A stretch of DNA of 64,000 nt from Tubiluchus corallicola (lineage: Eukaryota; Animalia; Priapulida), in contig JAQGDQ010000686.1 of the NCBI GenBank assembly GCA_030141605.1, positions 1 to 64,000 on the forward strand, read 5' to 3'. The position numbers were made by a program, and so were the translations under genes. This document shows, piece by piece, positions 1 through 12,486 of this stretch. The notes under the pieces are model-generated. The model was given only the letters and a program-made list of their open reading frames with translations, had not been told where the DNA came from and did no database searches. How positions within the stretch are numbered: the first letter of the stretch is position 1; every line of letters starts with the position of its first letter.

Positions 1-312
1 GAGACTTTGTTGCTCTGTTCACTAAGAACTGCGTGTCATGTATGAAACAAATAAGATTGCCTGGAGCACATTAGTGTCTTTTTATATTTCTGTTACATTA
101 GTTATATGTAGCTTTTGTGGTCAAATGTCAAACGTCACTAAGGTGTCACCATCTGAGCCCTTACACCAGATGTCTACCTTCAAGTACTGTGACTCTAGGT
201 ATTGAGGTTTTTTAGTTATTGAATATCGCGTAAGTGGGAGCTGCGCGATAGCCAGGATGATGGAGTAGCTAGTGCATTATCAAGTTAGATATGGCAGTTA
301 ACTTACACATGT

Positions 313-758
313 ATGATGGCTAATTCTACAGTAAACGCGACCTACAAGCAGAGCAGAAAACTTGCAAATTCTACAAATTGTTTTATACTTGTATGTGTTT
401 ACTGCTTTCGCGATTGCTGGCAACATGTTAATTTGTTGCAGTTTACAAGTACGAGCAGCTGCGAACGGGAATAAATGCTCTGATCGTGTCACTAGCCGTG
501 GCGGATTTGTTGGTCGGCGTAATAATGCCTTTGTCGCCAATTCGTTCGCGACTTGCTAACGAAATTTTAAGACAAGTCCGTCGCTTCACCATAATACCTT
601 CGACAAGTGTGAGCATAATGCATCTATGTGTTATAGCTGCTGAAAGATATTTGGCTGTTTTACATCCCTATAAGTACAACATCTATCTCACAGGGAAGAC
701 GATAGCTGCTTCTATTTGTGTTATTTGGTTTGTGGGATTTGCTGCTGCCTATGTAATC
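313..758 (+). pseudogene. Inverted, frameshifted 5' half-copy (N-terminus to TM4) of family A GPCR A1
   Basis: Starts ATGATGGCTAATTCT at 313. It is the reverse complement of about 2319-2771 with small indels. ORF pieces 362-559 and 486-794 match A1 (SLAVADLL, AERYLAVLHPYKY). Homology stops at ...AAAYVI (758), where the 145-bp array begins. Confidence 0.9.
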
Positions 759-1915
759 AGATTAATCTTTATCTGCACAAGCAGATTTTCTTGAAAGCTG
801 TTCTAAACTTGTTTTTCATTACAGCATGAATAATTGGATTGGCAAAACTATTGCATAAGCCAAGCCAAAGGTAGAAAATAGTTTGCATACACACAAGTAC
901 ATCAGATTAATCTTTATCTGCACAAGCAGATTTTCTTGAAAGCTGTTCTAAACTTGTTTTTCATTACAGCATGAATAATTGGATTGGCAAAACTATTGCA
1001 TAAGCCAAGCCAAAGGTAGAAAATAGTTTGCATACACACAAGTACATCAGATTAATCTTTATCTGCACAAGCAGATTTTCTTGAAAGCTGTTCTAAACTT
1101 GTTTTTCATTACAGCATGAATAATTGGATTGGCAAAACTATTGCATAAGCCAAGCCAAAGGTAGAAAATAGTTTGCATACACACAAGTACATCAGATTAA
1201 TCTTTATCTGCACAAGCAGATTTTCTTGAAAGCTGTTCTAAACTTGTTTTTCATTACAGCATGAATAATTGGATTGGCAAAACTATTGCATAAGCCAAGC
1301 CAAAGGTAGAAAATAGTTTGCATACACACAAGTACATCAGATTAATCTTTATCTGCACAAGCAGATTTTCTTGAAAGCTGTTCTAAACTTGTTTTTCATT
1401 ACAGCATGAATAATTGGATTGGCAAAACTATTGCATAAGCCAAGCCAAAGGTAGAAAATAGTTTGCATACACACAAGTACATCAGGTTAATCTTTATCTG
1501 CACAAGCAGATTTTCTTGAAAGCTGTTCTAAACTTGTTTTTCATTACAGTATGGATAATTGGATTGGTAAAGCTATTGCATAAGCCAAGCCAAAGGTAGA
1601 AGATAGTTTGCATATACACAAGCACATCAGATTAATCTTTATCTGCACAAGCAGATTTTCTTGAAAGCTGTTCTTAACTTGTTATTCACTGCAGCATGGA
1701 TAATTGGATTGGCAAGACTATTGCATAAGCCAAGCCAAAGGTAGAAGATAGTTTGCATACACACAAGTTCGTCAGACTAATCCTTATCTGTACAAGCAGA
1801 TTTTCTTCAATGCTCTTCTAAACTTGTTATTCATTACAGCATGGATAATTGGATTGGCAAAACTATTGCATAAGCCAAGCCAAAGGTAGAAGATAGTTTG
1901 CATACACACAAGTAT
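756..1915 (-). repeat. Tandem array of 8 x 145 bp made from the 3' end of GPCR A1 (TM7, helix 8, stop and 3' flank)
   Basis: Unit starts (atcag/gtcag) at 756, 901, 1046, 1191, 1336, 1481, 1626 and 1771. The minus strand of most units reads LWLGLCNSFANPIIHAVMKNKFRTAFKKICLCR*, matching the A1 C-terminus. Confidence 0.95.
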
Positions 1916-1928
1916 ATCAGATTAATCT

Positions 1929-2771
1929 TTATCTGCACAAGCAGATTTTCTTGAAAGCTGTTCTAAACTTGGTATTCATTACAGCATAGATAATTGGATT
2001 GGCAAAACTGTTGCATAAGCCAAGCCAAAGGCTGAAGATGTTTACGATGTTATCTGCAGGACCTGCTTGTGCAATTATGAAATTAGGTCCCCAGCAAACG
2101 AAGAATACAACAGTGGTTACAAGCAACATCTTTGTTGCTTTCATTTCTGCCACCTTTACACTAGACTGTGGATTTTCTTGATGAATTCTCAACACTTGCC
2201 TCCGTGCAGCCTTCCATATTATTGTGTATAATATTGATAATGCGATTATAGGCAAATAAAAGAACAGAATTTTATCCATTAAAAGTGCTGAAGGAAATCC
2301 TTTGTCATCTAGTATTATGATTACATAGGCAGCAGCAAATCCAACAAACCAAATAACACAAATGAAAGCAGCTATCGTCTTCCGTGTGAGATAGATGTTG
2401 TACTTATAGGGATGTAAAACAGCCAAATATCTTTCAGCAGCTATAACACATAGATGCATTATGCTCACACTTGTCGAAGGCATTATGGTGAAGCGACGGA
2501 CTTGTCTTAAAATTTCGTTAGCAAGTCGCGAACGAATTGGCGACAAAGGCATTATTAATCCGATCAACAAATCCGCCACGGCTAGTGACACGATCAGAGC
2601 ATTTATTCCCGTTCGCAGCTGCTCGTACTTGTAAACTGCGACAAGAATTAACATGTTGCCAGCAATCACTGCGAAAGCAGTGACCACATACAAGTATAAA
2701 ACAATTTGTGGAATTTGCAAGTTTTTCTGCTCTGCTTGTAAGGTCGCGTTTAGTGTAGAATTAGCCATCAT
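1929..2771 (-). CDS. Single-exon class A GPCR, family A (A1), 280 aa
   Basis: Seven hydrophobic segments with GN (TM1), LAVAD (TM2), ERY (TM3), W4.50, FYLP (TM5), CWGP (TM6) and NSFANPIIY (TM7), plus helix 8 with Cys. Confidence 0.95.
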   Translation of the reverse strand: MMANSTLNATLQAEQKNLQIPQIVLYLYVVTAFAVIAGNMLILVAVYKYEQLRTGINALIVSLAVADLLIGLIMPLSPIRSRLANEILRQVRRFTIMPSTSVSIMHLCVIAAERYLAVLHPYKYNIYLTRKTIAAFICVIWFVGFAAAYVIIILDDKGFPSALLMDKILFFYLPIIALSILYTIIWKAARRQVLRIHQENPQSSVKVAEMKATKMLLVTTVVFFVCWGPNFIIAQAGPADNIVNIFSLWLGLCNSFANPIIYAVMNTKFRTAFKKICLCR

Positions 2772-3727
2772 ACATGTGTAAGTTAACTGCCATATCTAAT
2801 TTGATAATGCACTAGCTACTCCATCATCCTGGCTATCATACGCAGCTCCCTACTATGAAATGCCACACAACGTATTTTTCCAGTGTATAAATACCGCATT
2901 TATTATGCTTTTATTAAATGTTTAAAATAGGCCAAGTTTGCATGACTATTGATTAGTTTCTGTTTTAGCCTAATGGAAAAAAAGTGCAGAATTGCACGAA
3001 ATAGAATTTTAAAATTATCATGTGTTATGTTAAGGAAACGTTGTGTTTACAGATTACTTATAGTCTAAATGCAACAGACATGGCATTATTTCTGACTGTC
3101 ATATGATAATGATTCTGTTGCTCTGTTCACTAAAAGCTATGTGCTACATACACACAACAAACAGCATTGTTTGAAGCACATTAGTGTCTGTTTATTTTTC
3201 TTTGCCAACAGACTCTATAAGAAGGTAAATAATTTTTTTCCAAAATTTACTGATTCAGATAAAAAAGAAACTTAGCTTTTAATGTTTATTTATCTGCATA
3301 ATTTATAAAACTGCCATGGTACAAATCTCTTACATTTTAGCATGCCTGACTAGTTATCTCAGCAAGTGTATCATCCAAAAAAAAAATCAAAGATGTTCCA
3401 AGATAACCGATGATAAATAAATTTGTTCCTAGATGACTGAAAAAAGTTAAAAAAAGATTTTGTTTCAAGAATGGTATTGTTGGTAAGTTAGTCTGAATTT
3501 GTCTTTGAATGACATCACAAGAGGTATTGTTCGTCATTGTTTTCACGATACCTGTACATTATTGCTTGCTTTTACACCTGTTATTTATAATCACAGTAAT
3601 GTTTTCCGGTAATAGCTTTGTTTACCAAAGGTTCGGCTATGTGCATTTCGAATTTCGAAGTAAAAACTTTTAAGGACTTTTGTTGATAACACAGTGACTA
3701 GCATATACAAAGTACACCTCTTAGTTT

Positions 3728-4573
3728 TTATCTGAACAAACAGATTTTCTTGAAAGCTTTTCTAAACTTGTTATTCATTGCAGCATAGATGATTGGATTG
3801 GCAAAACTGTTGCAATATCCAAACCAAATGCAGAAGAAACAGTTCAGAGCACTATTTGCTGAATCTGGTTCTGCAATTATGAAAGCAGGCCCCCAGCAAA
3901 CGAAGAATACAACAGTGGTCACAAGTAACATCTTTGTTGCTTTCATTTCTGCCACATTTACACTAGTCTGTGGATTTTCTTGATGAATTCTCAACACTTG
4001 CCTCCGTGCAGCCTTCCATATTATTGTGTACAGTACTGACAGTATGATTAGAGGCAAATAAAAGAACAGAATTTTATCTATTAGAACTACTGAATGAAAT
4101 CCCTTCTTCTCTCGTGTTGTGATTAGACAGGCTGCAGCAAACCCAAGAAACCAAGTAGCACAAATGAAAGTAGCTATCATCCTCCCGGTGATGTAGATGT
4201 TGTACTTATAGGGATGCAAAATAGCCAGATATCTTTCCACAGCTATAATGCATAGATGCATTATGCTCACACTTGTCAAAAGCGTCATGGTGAAGTGACC
4301 GACTTGTCTTAAAATTTCGTTAGCCAAATGCAAACGAATTGGTGACACAGGCATTATTAATCCGATCAACAAATCTGCCACAGCTAGTGACACGATCAGA
4401 GCATTCATTTTTATTCGCAACTGCTCATACTTGTAAACTGCGACAAGAATTAACATGTTACCAGCAATCACTGCGAAGACAGTGAACATGTAAAAGTACA
4501 AAGCAATTTGTAGAATTTGCAAGTTTTTCACCTCTGCTTGTCCAGTCACATTTGCTGTAAAATTATCCATCAT
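3728..4573 (-). CDS. Single-exon class A GPCR, family A (A2), 281 aa
   Basis: Intact ORF with all class A motifs; close paralogue of A1. Confidence 0.95.
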   Translation of the reverse strand: MMDNFTANVTGQAEVKNLQILQIALYFYMFTVFAVIAGNMLILVAVYKYEQLRIKMNALIVSLAVADLLIGLIMPVSPIRLHLANEILRQVGHFTMTLLTSVSIMHLCIIAVERYLAILHPYKYNIYITGRMIATFICATWFLGFAAACLITTREKKGFHSVVLIDKILFFYLPLIILSVLYTIIWKAARRQVLRIHQENPQTSVNVAEMKATKMLLVTTVVFFVCWGPAFIIAEPDSANSALNCFFCIWFGYCNSFANPIIYAAMNNKFRKAFKKICLFR

Positions 4574-5996
4574 ACCATGTACAAGTTAAGAGCCATGTTA
4601 AATTCGATAACGCACTAGTCCATCATCCCAGGTACCTCAAACAGTTCTCTTTTATAAAGTGCCACAGAATGTCTTTTTTAATGTACAAATACCACATTTT
4701 AAATGTTTTTGATGAACGCTTAAGAGAGATCAAGTTAGCATGTCTACGCATTGGACTCTGTTTTAGCCTAATGAAAAAAGCTCTGAGCTGCATGGAACAA
4801 GATCTTAACAATCAGTGGTGTGTTATATACTAAGTGAAGGCTGTGTTTACAGATCACTTACTGCCTATCAAATGCAACAGCCAAAACGACATTTCTATTT
4901 ACCATCAAATAGAGACTTTGTTGCTCTGTTCACTAAGAACTGCGTGTCATGTATGAAACAAATAAGATTGCCTGGAGCACATTAGTGTCTTTTTATATTT
5001 CTGTTACATTAGTTATATGTAGCTTTTGTGGTCAAATGTCAAACGTCACTATGTGTCACCATCTGAGCCCTACACCAGATGTCTACCCTTCAAGTACTGT
5101 GACTCTAGGTATTGAGGTTTTTTAGTTATTGAATATCATAGTGGAGAATAAAAACAAATAAATAAACTGTTTTTGAAAAAGAAGATTTGCATGTATCGCA
5201 GGACCTTAAGGCACACCTGAGTATGCAATAATTTATTACGGATTATCCTAGGCACTAAATCAATTACATAAGAATACCTCATTTGCTTATTAATTACAAC
5301 AGGTGTGCCTTAATACTTTAAACTCGAATACTTTAGATTCGAACTCCAAAAAATCCCAGACGGGTGAAAGAATTCCAGTCTGGCAACTCCTAAACTACTC
5401 GCCTTGTTCTTGTTCTTGCATCTCGCTGGAAACAGCTAATAGCTTAATATCCGCTGTACATTCGACTGATGGTAAACTCATTCAACTGAAAGCCCCATGC
5501 CAAGGGGAAATTTTAAAAGCCCACAAACTGGTAAATGCTTTCACACTTGTCCACTGGACAACATTAAAGGAGAAGCCCACAAAACCAGTAAATGCATTCA
5601 CACTTGTCCATTGGACAACAATAAAGTAGACTACAATTAAGCGAAAACTTGTTTGATGTTTTGAAATTTTTGTATCTTGTCAGTCACCAGAACCAAGAAG
5701 ATACTAAAGAGAACTTCTCAAATGAGTTCGTTCTTTGAGTGACACCACAAGTGTGAATATGTTATTGGTCTTTATTTTCACAATACCTGTATGCTGATGT
5801 ATAATGCCTTTACTGCATTATTTACCGGTAATGCAATTACACCTGTTGTTTCTGATCACAGTAATGTTTTCCCTTAATGACTTTTGCCTGTAAAACATTC
5901 AGCTATTTTGTTTCAGTATCTTTGTAGCCATGATATCGATGTAGTTTTTGTTTGTTAAACAATACTGGCAAATCCATAAGTACATCTCTTTGGTTT

Positions 5997-6827
5997 TTAT
6001 CTGCACAAACAGATTTTCTTGAAAGCTTTTCTAAACTTGCTATTCATTGCTGCATAGATGATTGGATTGGCAAAACTGTTGCAATATCCAAACCAAACCC
6101 AGAAGATATCTGGCGGACCTGGTTGTGCAATTATGAAACTAGGTCCCCAGCAAACGAAGAATACAATAGTGGTCACAAGTAACATCTTTGTTGCTTTCAT
6201 TTCTGACACCTTTACACTAGTCTTTGGATTTTCTTGATGAATTCTCAGCACTTGCCTCCGTGCAGCCTTCCATATTATTGTGTACAGTACTGATAATATG
6301 GTTAGAGGCAAATAAAAGAACAGAATTTTATCTGTTAGAACTACTGAATGAAATCCCTTCTTCTCTAGCATTGTGATTAGAAAGGCTGCAGCAAACCCAA
6401 GAAACCAAGTAGCACAAATGAAAGTAGCTATCATCCTCCCTGTGATGTAGATGTTGTACTTATAGGGATGCAAAATAGCCAGATATCTTTCCACAGCTAT
6501 AATGCATAGATGCATTATGCTCACACTTGTCAAAAGCGTCATGGTGAAGTGACCGACTTGTCTTAAAATTTCGTTAGCCAAATGCAAACGAATTGGTGAC
6601 ACAGGCATTACTAATCCGATCAACAAATCTGTCACAGCTAGTGACACGATCAGAGCATTCATTTTTATTCGCAGCTGCTCGTACTTGTAAACTGCGACAA
6701 GAATTAACGTGTTGCCAGCAATCACTGCGAAGACAATGAACACGTAAAAGTACAAAGCAATTTGCCAAATATGCAAGTATTTCACCTCTGATTGTTCTGT
6801 CACATTTGCAGTAAAATTATCCATCAT
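5997..6827 (-). CDS. Single-exon class A GPCR, family A (A3), 276 aa
   Basis: Intact 7TM ORF; ECL3 shortened by 5 aa relative to A2. Confidence 0.95.
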   Translation of the reverse strand: MMDNFTANVTEQSEVKYLHIWQIALYFYVFIVFAVIAGNTLILVAVYKYEQLRIKMNALIVSLAVTDLLIGLVMPVSPIRLHLANEILRQVGHFTMTLLTSVSIMHLCIIAVERYLAILHPYKYNIYITGRMIATFICATWFLGFAAAFLITMLEKKGFHSVVLTDKILFFYLPLTILSVLYTIIWKAARRQVLRIHQENPKTSVKVSEMKATKMLLVTTIVFFVCWGPSFIIAQPGPPDIFWVWFGYCNSFANPIIYAAMNSKFRKAFKKICLCR

Positions 6828-8260
6828 ACATGCGTAAGTTAAGAGCCATGTTAAATTCGATAATGCACTAGTCCATCATCCTAGGTACCTCAAACAGTTC
6901 TCTTTTATAAAGTGCCACAGAATGTATTTTTCAATGTACAAATACCACATTTTACATGTTTTTGATGAACGTTTAAGAGAGATCAAGTTAGCATGTCTAT
7001 GCAATGGACTCTGTTTTAGCCTAATGAAAAAAGCTCTGAGTTGCATGGAACAGGATTTTAAAAATTAGTGGCGTGCTATATACTAAGTGAAGGCTGTGTT
7101 TACAGATCATTTACTGTCTATCAAATGCAACAAAAATGACGACATTTCTATTTACCATCAAATAGAGTCTTTGTTGCTCTGTTCATTAAAAACCGTGTGT
7201 CACGTATGAAGCAAACAGCATTGTCTGGAGAGCATTAGAGTCTGTTTACTTTTCTGTTGCATTAGTTATACGTAGCTTTTGTGGTCAAATGTCAAACGTC
7301 ACTATGTGTCATCATCTGAGCCCCAACACCAGATGTCTACCCTTCAAGTTTTGTGACTCTAGGTATTGGGTTTTTTTAGTTATTGAGTGTCATAGTGGAG
7401 AATAAAAACAAATAAATAAACTGTTTGTGAAAAAGAAGATTCGCATGCATCGCAGGACCTTAAGGCACACCTGAGTGTGCAATAATTTATTACGGATTAT
7501 CCTAGGCCCTACACCAGATGTCTATCCTTCAAGTTTTGTGACTTTTGGTATTGGGTTTTTTTTAGTTATTGGGTGTCATAGCGAAGAATAAAAACAAATA
7601 AATAAACTGTTTGTGAAAAAGAAGATTTGCATGTATCGCAGGACCTTAAGGCACACATGAGTGTGCAATAATTTATTAAGGATTATCCTAGGCGCTAAAT
7701 CAATTACACAAAAAACCTCATTTGCTTTTTAATTACAGCAGGTGTGCCTTAATACTTTGACTACAATGAATTGTCCTGTCTGGGATTAGACTAGAACAAA
7801 GACTGATCGCAAGAGATTGTCTGGTGATGGCATTAAGCTTACACCTTAAAGATACCTGGTTCAAATCCAGGTTTATAAAAGATTTATTCAAAGTTTTGTT
7901 AAGCTTCAAGTTCAAAAATTTAACGATTATAGTACATTGTTAGGGCAAGCAGAACGTTCAAGTGGTAACTGTGACTACATTCTGGGAGTTTTTTACTAAA
8001 CGAAGGAATAAATAACCCAAAACTGAATGCTGTGCTCTGAAGTTATGAAAAATCACAAAATCTCACCTCGAAGTTTTCAAAGATTCGAACTCCAAAAAAT
8101 CCCAGATGGGTGAAAGAATTCTAGTCTGGCGACTCCTAAACTACTCGCCTTGTTCTTCTTCTTGCTTTACGCTGGAAACAGCTAATAGCTTAATATTCGC
8201 TGCACATTCGACTGACGGTAAACTCATTCAACTGAAAGCCCTGCGTCAGGGGGAAATGTT

Positions 8261-8880
8261 AAAAGCTCACAAACCGGTAAATGCTTTCACACTTGTCCAT
8301 TGGACAACATTAAAGTAGAAGCCCACAAACTGGTAAATGCTTTCACACTTGTCCACTGGACAACATTAAAGTAGAAGCCCACGAACCGGTAAATGCTTTC
8401 ACACTTGTCCATTGGACAACATTAAAGTAGAAGCCCACAAACTGGTAAATGCTTTCACACTTGTCCTTTGGACAACATTAAAGTAGAAGCCCACGAACCG
8501 GTAAATGCTTTCACACTTGTCCATTGGACAACATTAAAGTAGAAGCCCACAAACTGGTAAATGCTTTCACACTTGTCCATTGGACAACATTAAAGTAGAA
8601 GCCCACGAACCGGTAAATGCTTTCACACTTGTCCATTGGACAACATTAAAGTAGAAGCCCACAAACTGGTAAATGCTTTCACACTTGTCCTTTGGACAAC
8701 ATTAAAGTAGAAGCCCACAAGCTGGCAAACGCTTTCACACTTGTTAATTGGACAACATTAAAGTAGAAGCACACAAACCAGTAAATGCTTTCACACTTGT
8801 CCAATGGACAACATTAAAGTAGAAGCCCACAAACTGGCAAACGCTTTCACACTTGTCCATTGGACAACATTTAAGTAGAC
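8261..8880. repeat. 56-bp minisatellite, about 11 copies
   Basis: Unit agaagcccacaaactggtaaatgctttcacacttgtccattggacaacattaaagt; period 56 (8317 to 8373). Only about 2 copies at the paralogous site 5517-5630. Confidence 0.93.
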
Positions 8881-9245
8881 TACGATTAAGCAAAAACTTG
8901 TTTGATGTTTTGAAATTTTTGTATCTTGTCAGTCACCAGAACCAAGAAGATACTAAAGAGAACTTCTCAAATGAGTTCGTTCTTTGAGTGACACCACAAG
9001 TGTGAATATGTTATTGGTCTTTATTTTCACAATACCTGTATGCTGATGTATAATGCCTTTACTGCATTATTTACCGGTAATGCAATTACACCTGTTGTTT
9101 CTGATCACAGTAATGTTTTCCCTTAATGACTTTTGCCTGTAAAACATTCAGCTATTTTGTTTCAGTATCTTTGTAGCCATGATATCGATGTAGTTTTTGT
9201 TTGTTAAACAATACTGGCAAATCCATAAGTACATCTCTTTGGTTT

Positions 9246-10076
9246 TTATCTGCACAAACAGATTTTCTTGAAAGCTTTTCTAAACTTGCTATTCATTGCT
9301 GCATAGATGATTGGATTGGCAAAACTGTTGCAATATCCAAACCAAACCCAGAAGATATCTGGCGGACCTGGTTGTGCAATTATGAAACTAGGTCCCCAGC
9401 AAACGAAGAATACAATAGTGGTCACAAGTAACATCTTTGTTGCTTTCATTTCTGACACCTTTACACTAGTCTTTGGATTTTCTTGATGAATTCTCAGCAC
9501 TTGCCTCCGTGCAGCCTTCCATATTATTGTGTACAGTACTGATAATATGGTTAGAGGCAAATAAAAGAACAGAATTTTATCTGTTAGAACTACTGAATGA
9601 AATCCCTTCTTCTCTAGCATTGTGATTAGAAAGGCTGCAGCAAACCCAAGAAACCAAGTAGCACAAATGAAAGTAGCTATCATCCTCCCTGTGATGTAGA
9701 TGTTGTACTTATAGGGATGCAAAATAGCCAGATATCTTTCCACAGCTATAATGCATAGATGCATTATGCTCACACTTGTCAAAAGCGTCATGGTGAAGTG
9801 ACCGACTTGTCTTAAAATTTCGTTAGCCAAATGCAAACGAATTGGTGACACAGGCATTACTAATCCGATCAACAAATCTGTCACAGCTAGTGACACGATC
9901 AGAGCATTCATTTTTATTCGCAGCTGCTCGTACTTGTAAACTGCGACAAGAATTAACGTGTTGCCAGCAATCACTGCGAAGACAATGAACACGTAAAAGT
10001 ACAAAGCAATTTGCCAAATATGCAAGTATTTCACCTCTGATTGTTCTGTCACATTTGCAGTAAAATTATCCATCAT
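9246..10076 (-). CDS. Single-exon class A GPCR, family A (A4), protein identical to A3
   Basis: 276-aa ORF identical to 5997-6827. Confidence 0.93.
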   Translation of the reverse strand: MMDNFTANVTEQSEVKYLHIWQIALYFYVFIVFAVIAGNTLILVAVYKYEQLRIKMNALIVSLAVTDLLIGLVMPVSPIRLHLANEILRQVGHFTMTLLTSVSIMHLCIIAVERYLAILHPYKYNIYITGRMIATFICATWFLGFAAAFLITMLEKKGFHSVVLTDKILFFYLPLTILSVLYTIIWKAARRQVLRIHQENPKTSVKVSEMKATKMLLVTTIVFFVCWGPSFIIAQPGPPDIFWVWFGYCNSFANPIIYAAMNSKFRKAFKKICLCR

Positions 10077-11509
10077 ACATGCGTAAGTTAAGAGCCATGT
10101 TAAATTCGATAATGCACTAGTCCATCATCCTAGGTACCTCAAACAGTTCTCTTTTATAAAGTGCCACAGAATGTATTTTTCAATGTACAAATACCACATT
10201 TTACATGTTTTTGATGAACGTTTAAGAGAGATCAAGTTAGCATGTCTATGCAATGGACTCTGTTTTAGCCTAATGAAAAAAGCTCTGAGTTGCATGGAAC
10301 AGGATTTTAAAAATTAGTGGCGTGCTATATACTAAGTGAAGGCTGTGTTTACAGATCATTTACTGTCTATCAAATGCAACAAAAATGACGACATTTCTAT
10401 TTACCATCAAATAGAGTCTTTGTTGCTCTGTTCATTAAAAACCGTGTGTCACGTATGAAGCAAACAGCATTGTCTGGAGAGCATTAGAGTCTGTTTACTT
10501 TTCTGTTGCATTAGTTATACGTAGCTTTTGTGGTCAAATGTCAAACGTCACTATGTGTCATCATCTGAGCCCCAACACCAGATGTCTACCCTTCAAGTTT
10601 TGTGACTCTAGGTATTGGGTTTTTTTAGTTATTGAGTGTCATAGTGGAGAATAAAAACAAATAAATAAACTGTTTGTGAAAAAGAAGATTCGCATGCATC
10701 GCAGGACCTTAAGGCACACCTGAGTGTGCAATAATTTATTACGGATTATCCTAGGCCCTACACCAGATGTCTATCCTTCAAGTTTTGTGACTTTTGGTAT
10801 TGGGTTTTTTTTAGTTATTGGGTGTCATAGCGAAGAATAAAAACAAATAAATAAACTGTTTGTGAAAAAGAAGATTTGCATGTATCGCAGGACCTTAAGG
10901 CACACATGAGTGTGCAATAATTTATTAAGGATTATCCTAGGCGCTAAATCAATTACACAAAAAACCTCATTTGCTTTTTAATTACAGCAGGTGTGCCTTA
11001 ATACTTTGACTACAATGAATTGTCCTGTCTGGGATTAGACTAGAACAAAGACTGATCGCAAGAGATTGTCTGGTGATGGCATTAAGCTTACACCTTAAAG
11101 ATACCTGGTTCAAATCCAGGTTTATAAAAGATTTATTCAAAGTTTTGTTAAGCTTCAAGTTCAAAAATTTAACGATTATAGTACATTGTTAGGGCAAGCA
11201 GAACGTTCAAGTGGTAACTGTGACTACATTCTGGGAGTTTTTTACTAAACGAAGGAATAAATAACCCAAAACTGAATGCTGTGCTCTGAAGTTATGAAAA
11301 ATCACAAAATCTCACCTCGAAGTTTTCAAAGATTCGAACTCCAAAAAATCCCAGATGGGTGAAAGAATTCTAGTCTGGCGACTCCTAAACTACTCGCCTT
11401 GTTCTTCTTCTTGCTTTACGCTGGAAACAGCTAATAGCTTAATATTCGCTGCACATTCGACTGACGGTAAACTCATTCAACTGAAAGCCCTGCGTCAGGG
11501 GGAAATGTT

Positions 11510-12129
11510 AAAAGCTCACAAACCGGTAAATGCTTTCACACTTGTCCATTGGACAACATTAAAGTAGAAGCCCACAAACTGGTAAATGCTTTCACACTTG
11601 TCCACTGGACAACATTAAAGTAGAAGCCCACGAACCGGTAAATGCTTTCACACTTGTCCATTGGACAACATTAAAGTAGAAGCCCACAAACTGGTAAATG
11701 CTTTCACACTTGTCCTTTGGACAACATTAAAGTAGAAGCCCACGAACCGGTAAATGCTTTCACACTTGTCCATTGGACAACATTAAAGTAGAAGCCCACA
11801 AACTGGTAAATGCTTTCACACTTGTCCTTTGGACAACATTAAAGTAGAAGCCCACGAACCGGTAAATGCTTTCACACTTGTCCATTGGACAACATTAAAG
11901 TAGAAGCCCACAAACTGGTAAATGCTTTCACACTTGTCCTTTGGACAACATTAAAGTAGAAGCCCACAAGCTGGCAAACGCTTTCACACTTGTTAATTGG
12001 ACAACATTAAAGTAGAAGCACACAAACCAGTAAATGCTTTCACACTTGTCCAATGGACAACATTAAAGTAGAAGCCCACAAACTGGCAAACGCTTTCACA
12101 CTTGTCCATTGGACAACATTTAAGTAGAC
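11510..12129. repeat. 56-bp minisatellite, about 11 copies
   Basis: Duplicate of the 8261-8880 array, with at least one unit variant (ccat versus cctt). Confidence 0.93.
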
Positions 12130-12486
12130 TACGATTAAGCAAAAGCTTGTTTGATGTTTTGAACTTTTTGTATCTTGTCAGTTACCAGAGCCAAGAAGAT
12201 ACTAAAGAGAACCTCTCAAATGAGTTCGTTCTTTGAATGAGATCACAAGTGTGAATATGTTATTGGTCTTTATTTTCACAATACCTGTATGCTGATGTAT
12301 AATGCCTTTACTGCATTATTTACTGCAATTACACCTGTTGTTCCTGATCACAGTAACGTTTCCCTTAATGGCTATGGCTGTAAAACATTCGGCTAATGTG
12401 TTTCAGTTTTTTTGTAGCCATGATATCGATGTATTTTTTGTTGGTTAAACAATACTGGCATATACATAAGTAAATCTCTTTAGTTT

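Larger units (their letters stand above)
5644..12141. repeat. Near-perfect 3249-bp tandem segmental duplication (two copies, each with one GPCR and a 56-bp minisatellite)
   Basis: All ORFs recur at +3249 with identical translations (5997/9246, 7733/10982, 8106/11355). Boundaries are approximate. Confidence 0.93.

Noticed and set aside
4620-4660. TATA-like (TATAAAA on the minus strand) and weak Olf/EBF-like motifs upstream of family A genes
   Set aside because: AT-rich background, sharing is explained by recent duplication, and the motifs are missing in several paralogues; no TSS data.
756-12129. CRISPR-like appearance of the regular repeats
   Set aside because: No unique spacers, no cas genes, and the context is eukaryotic.
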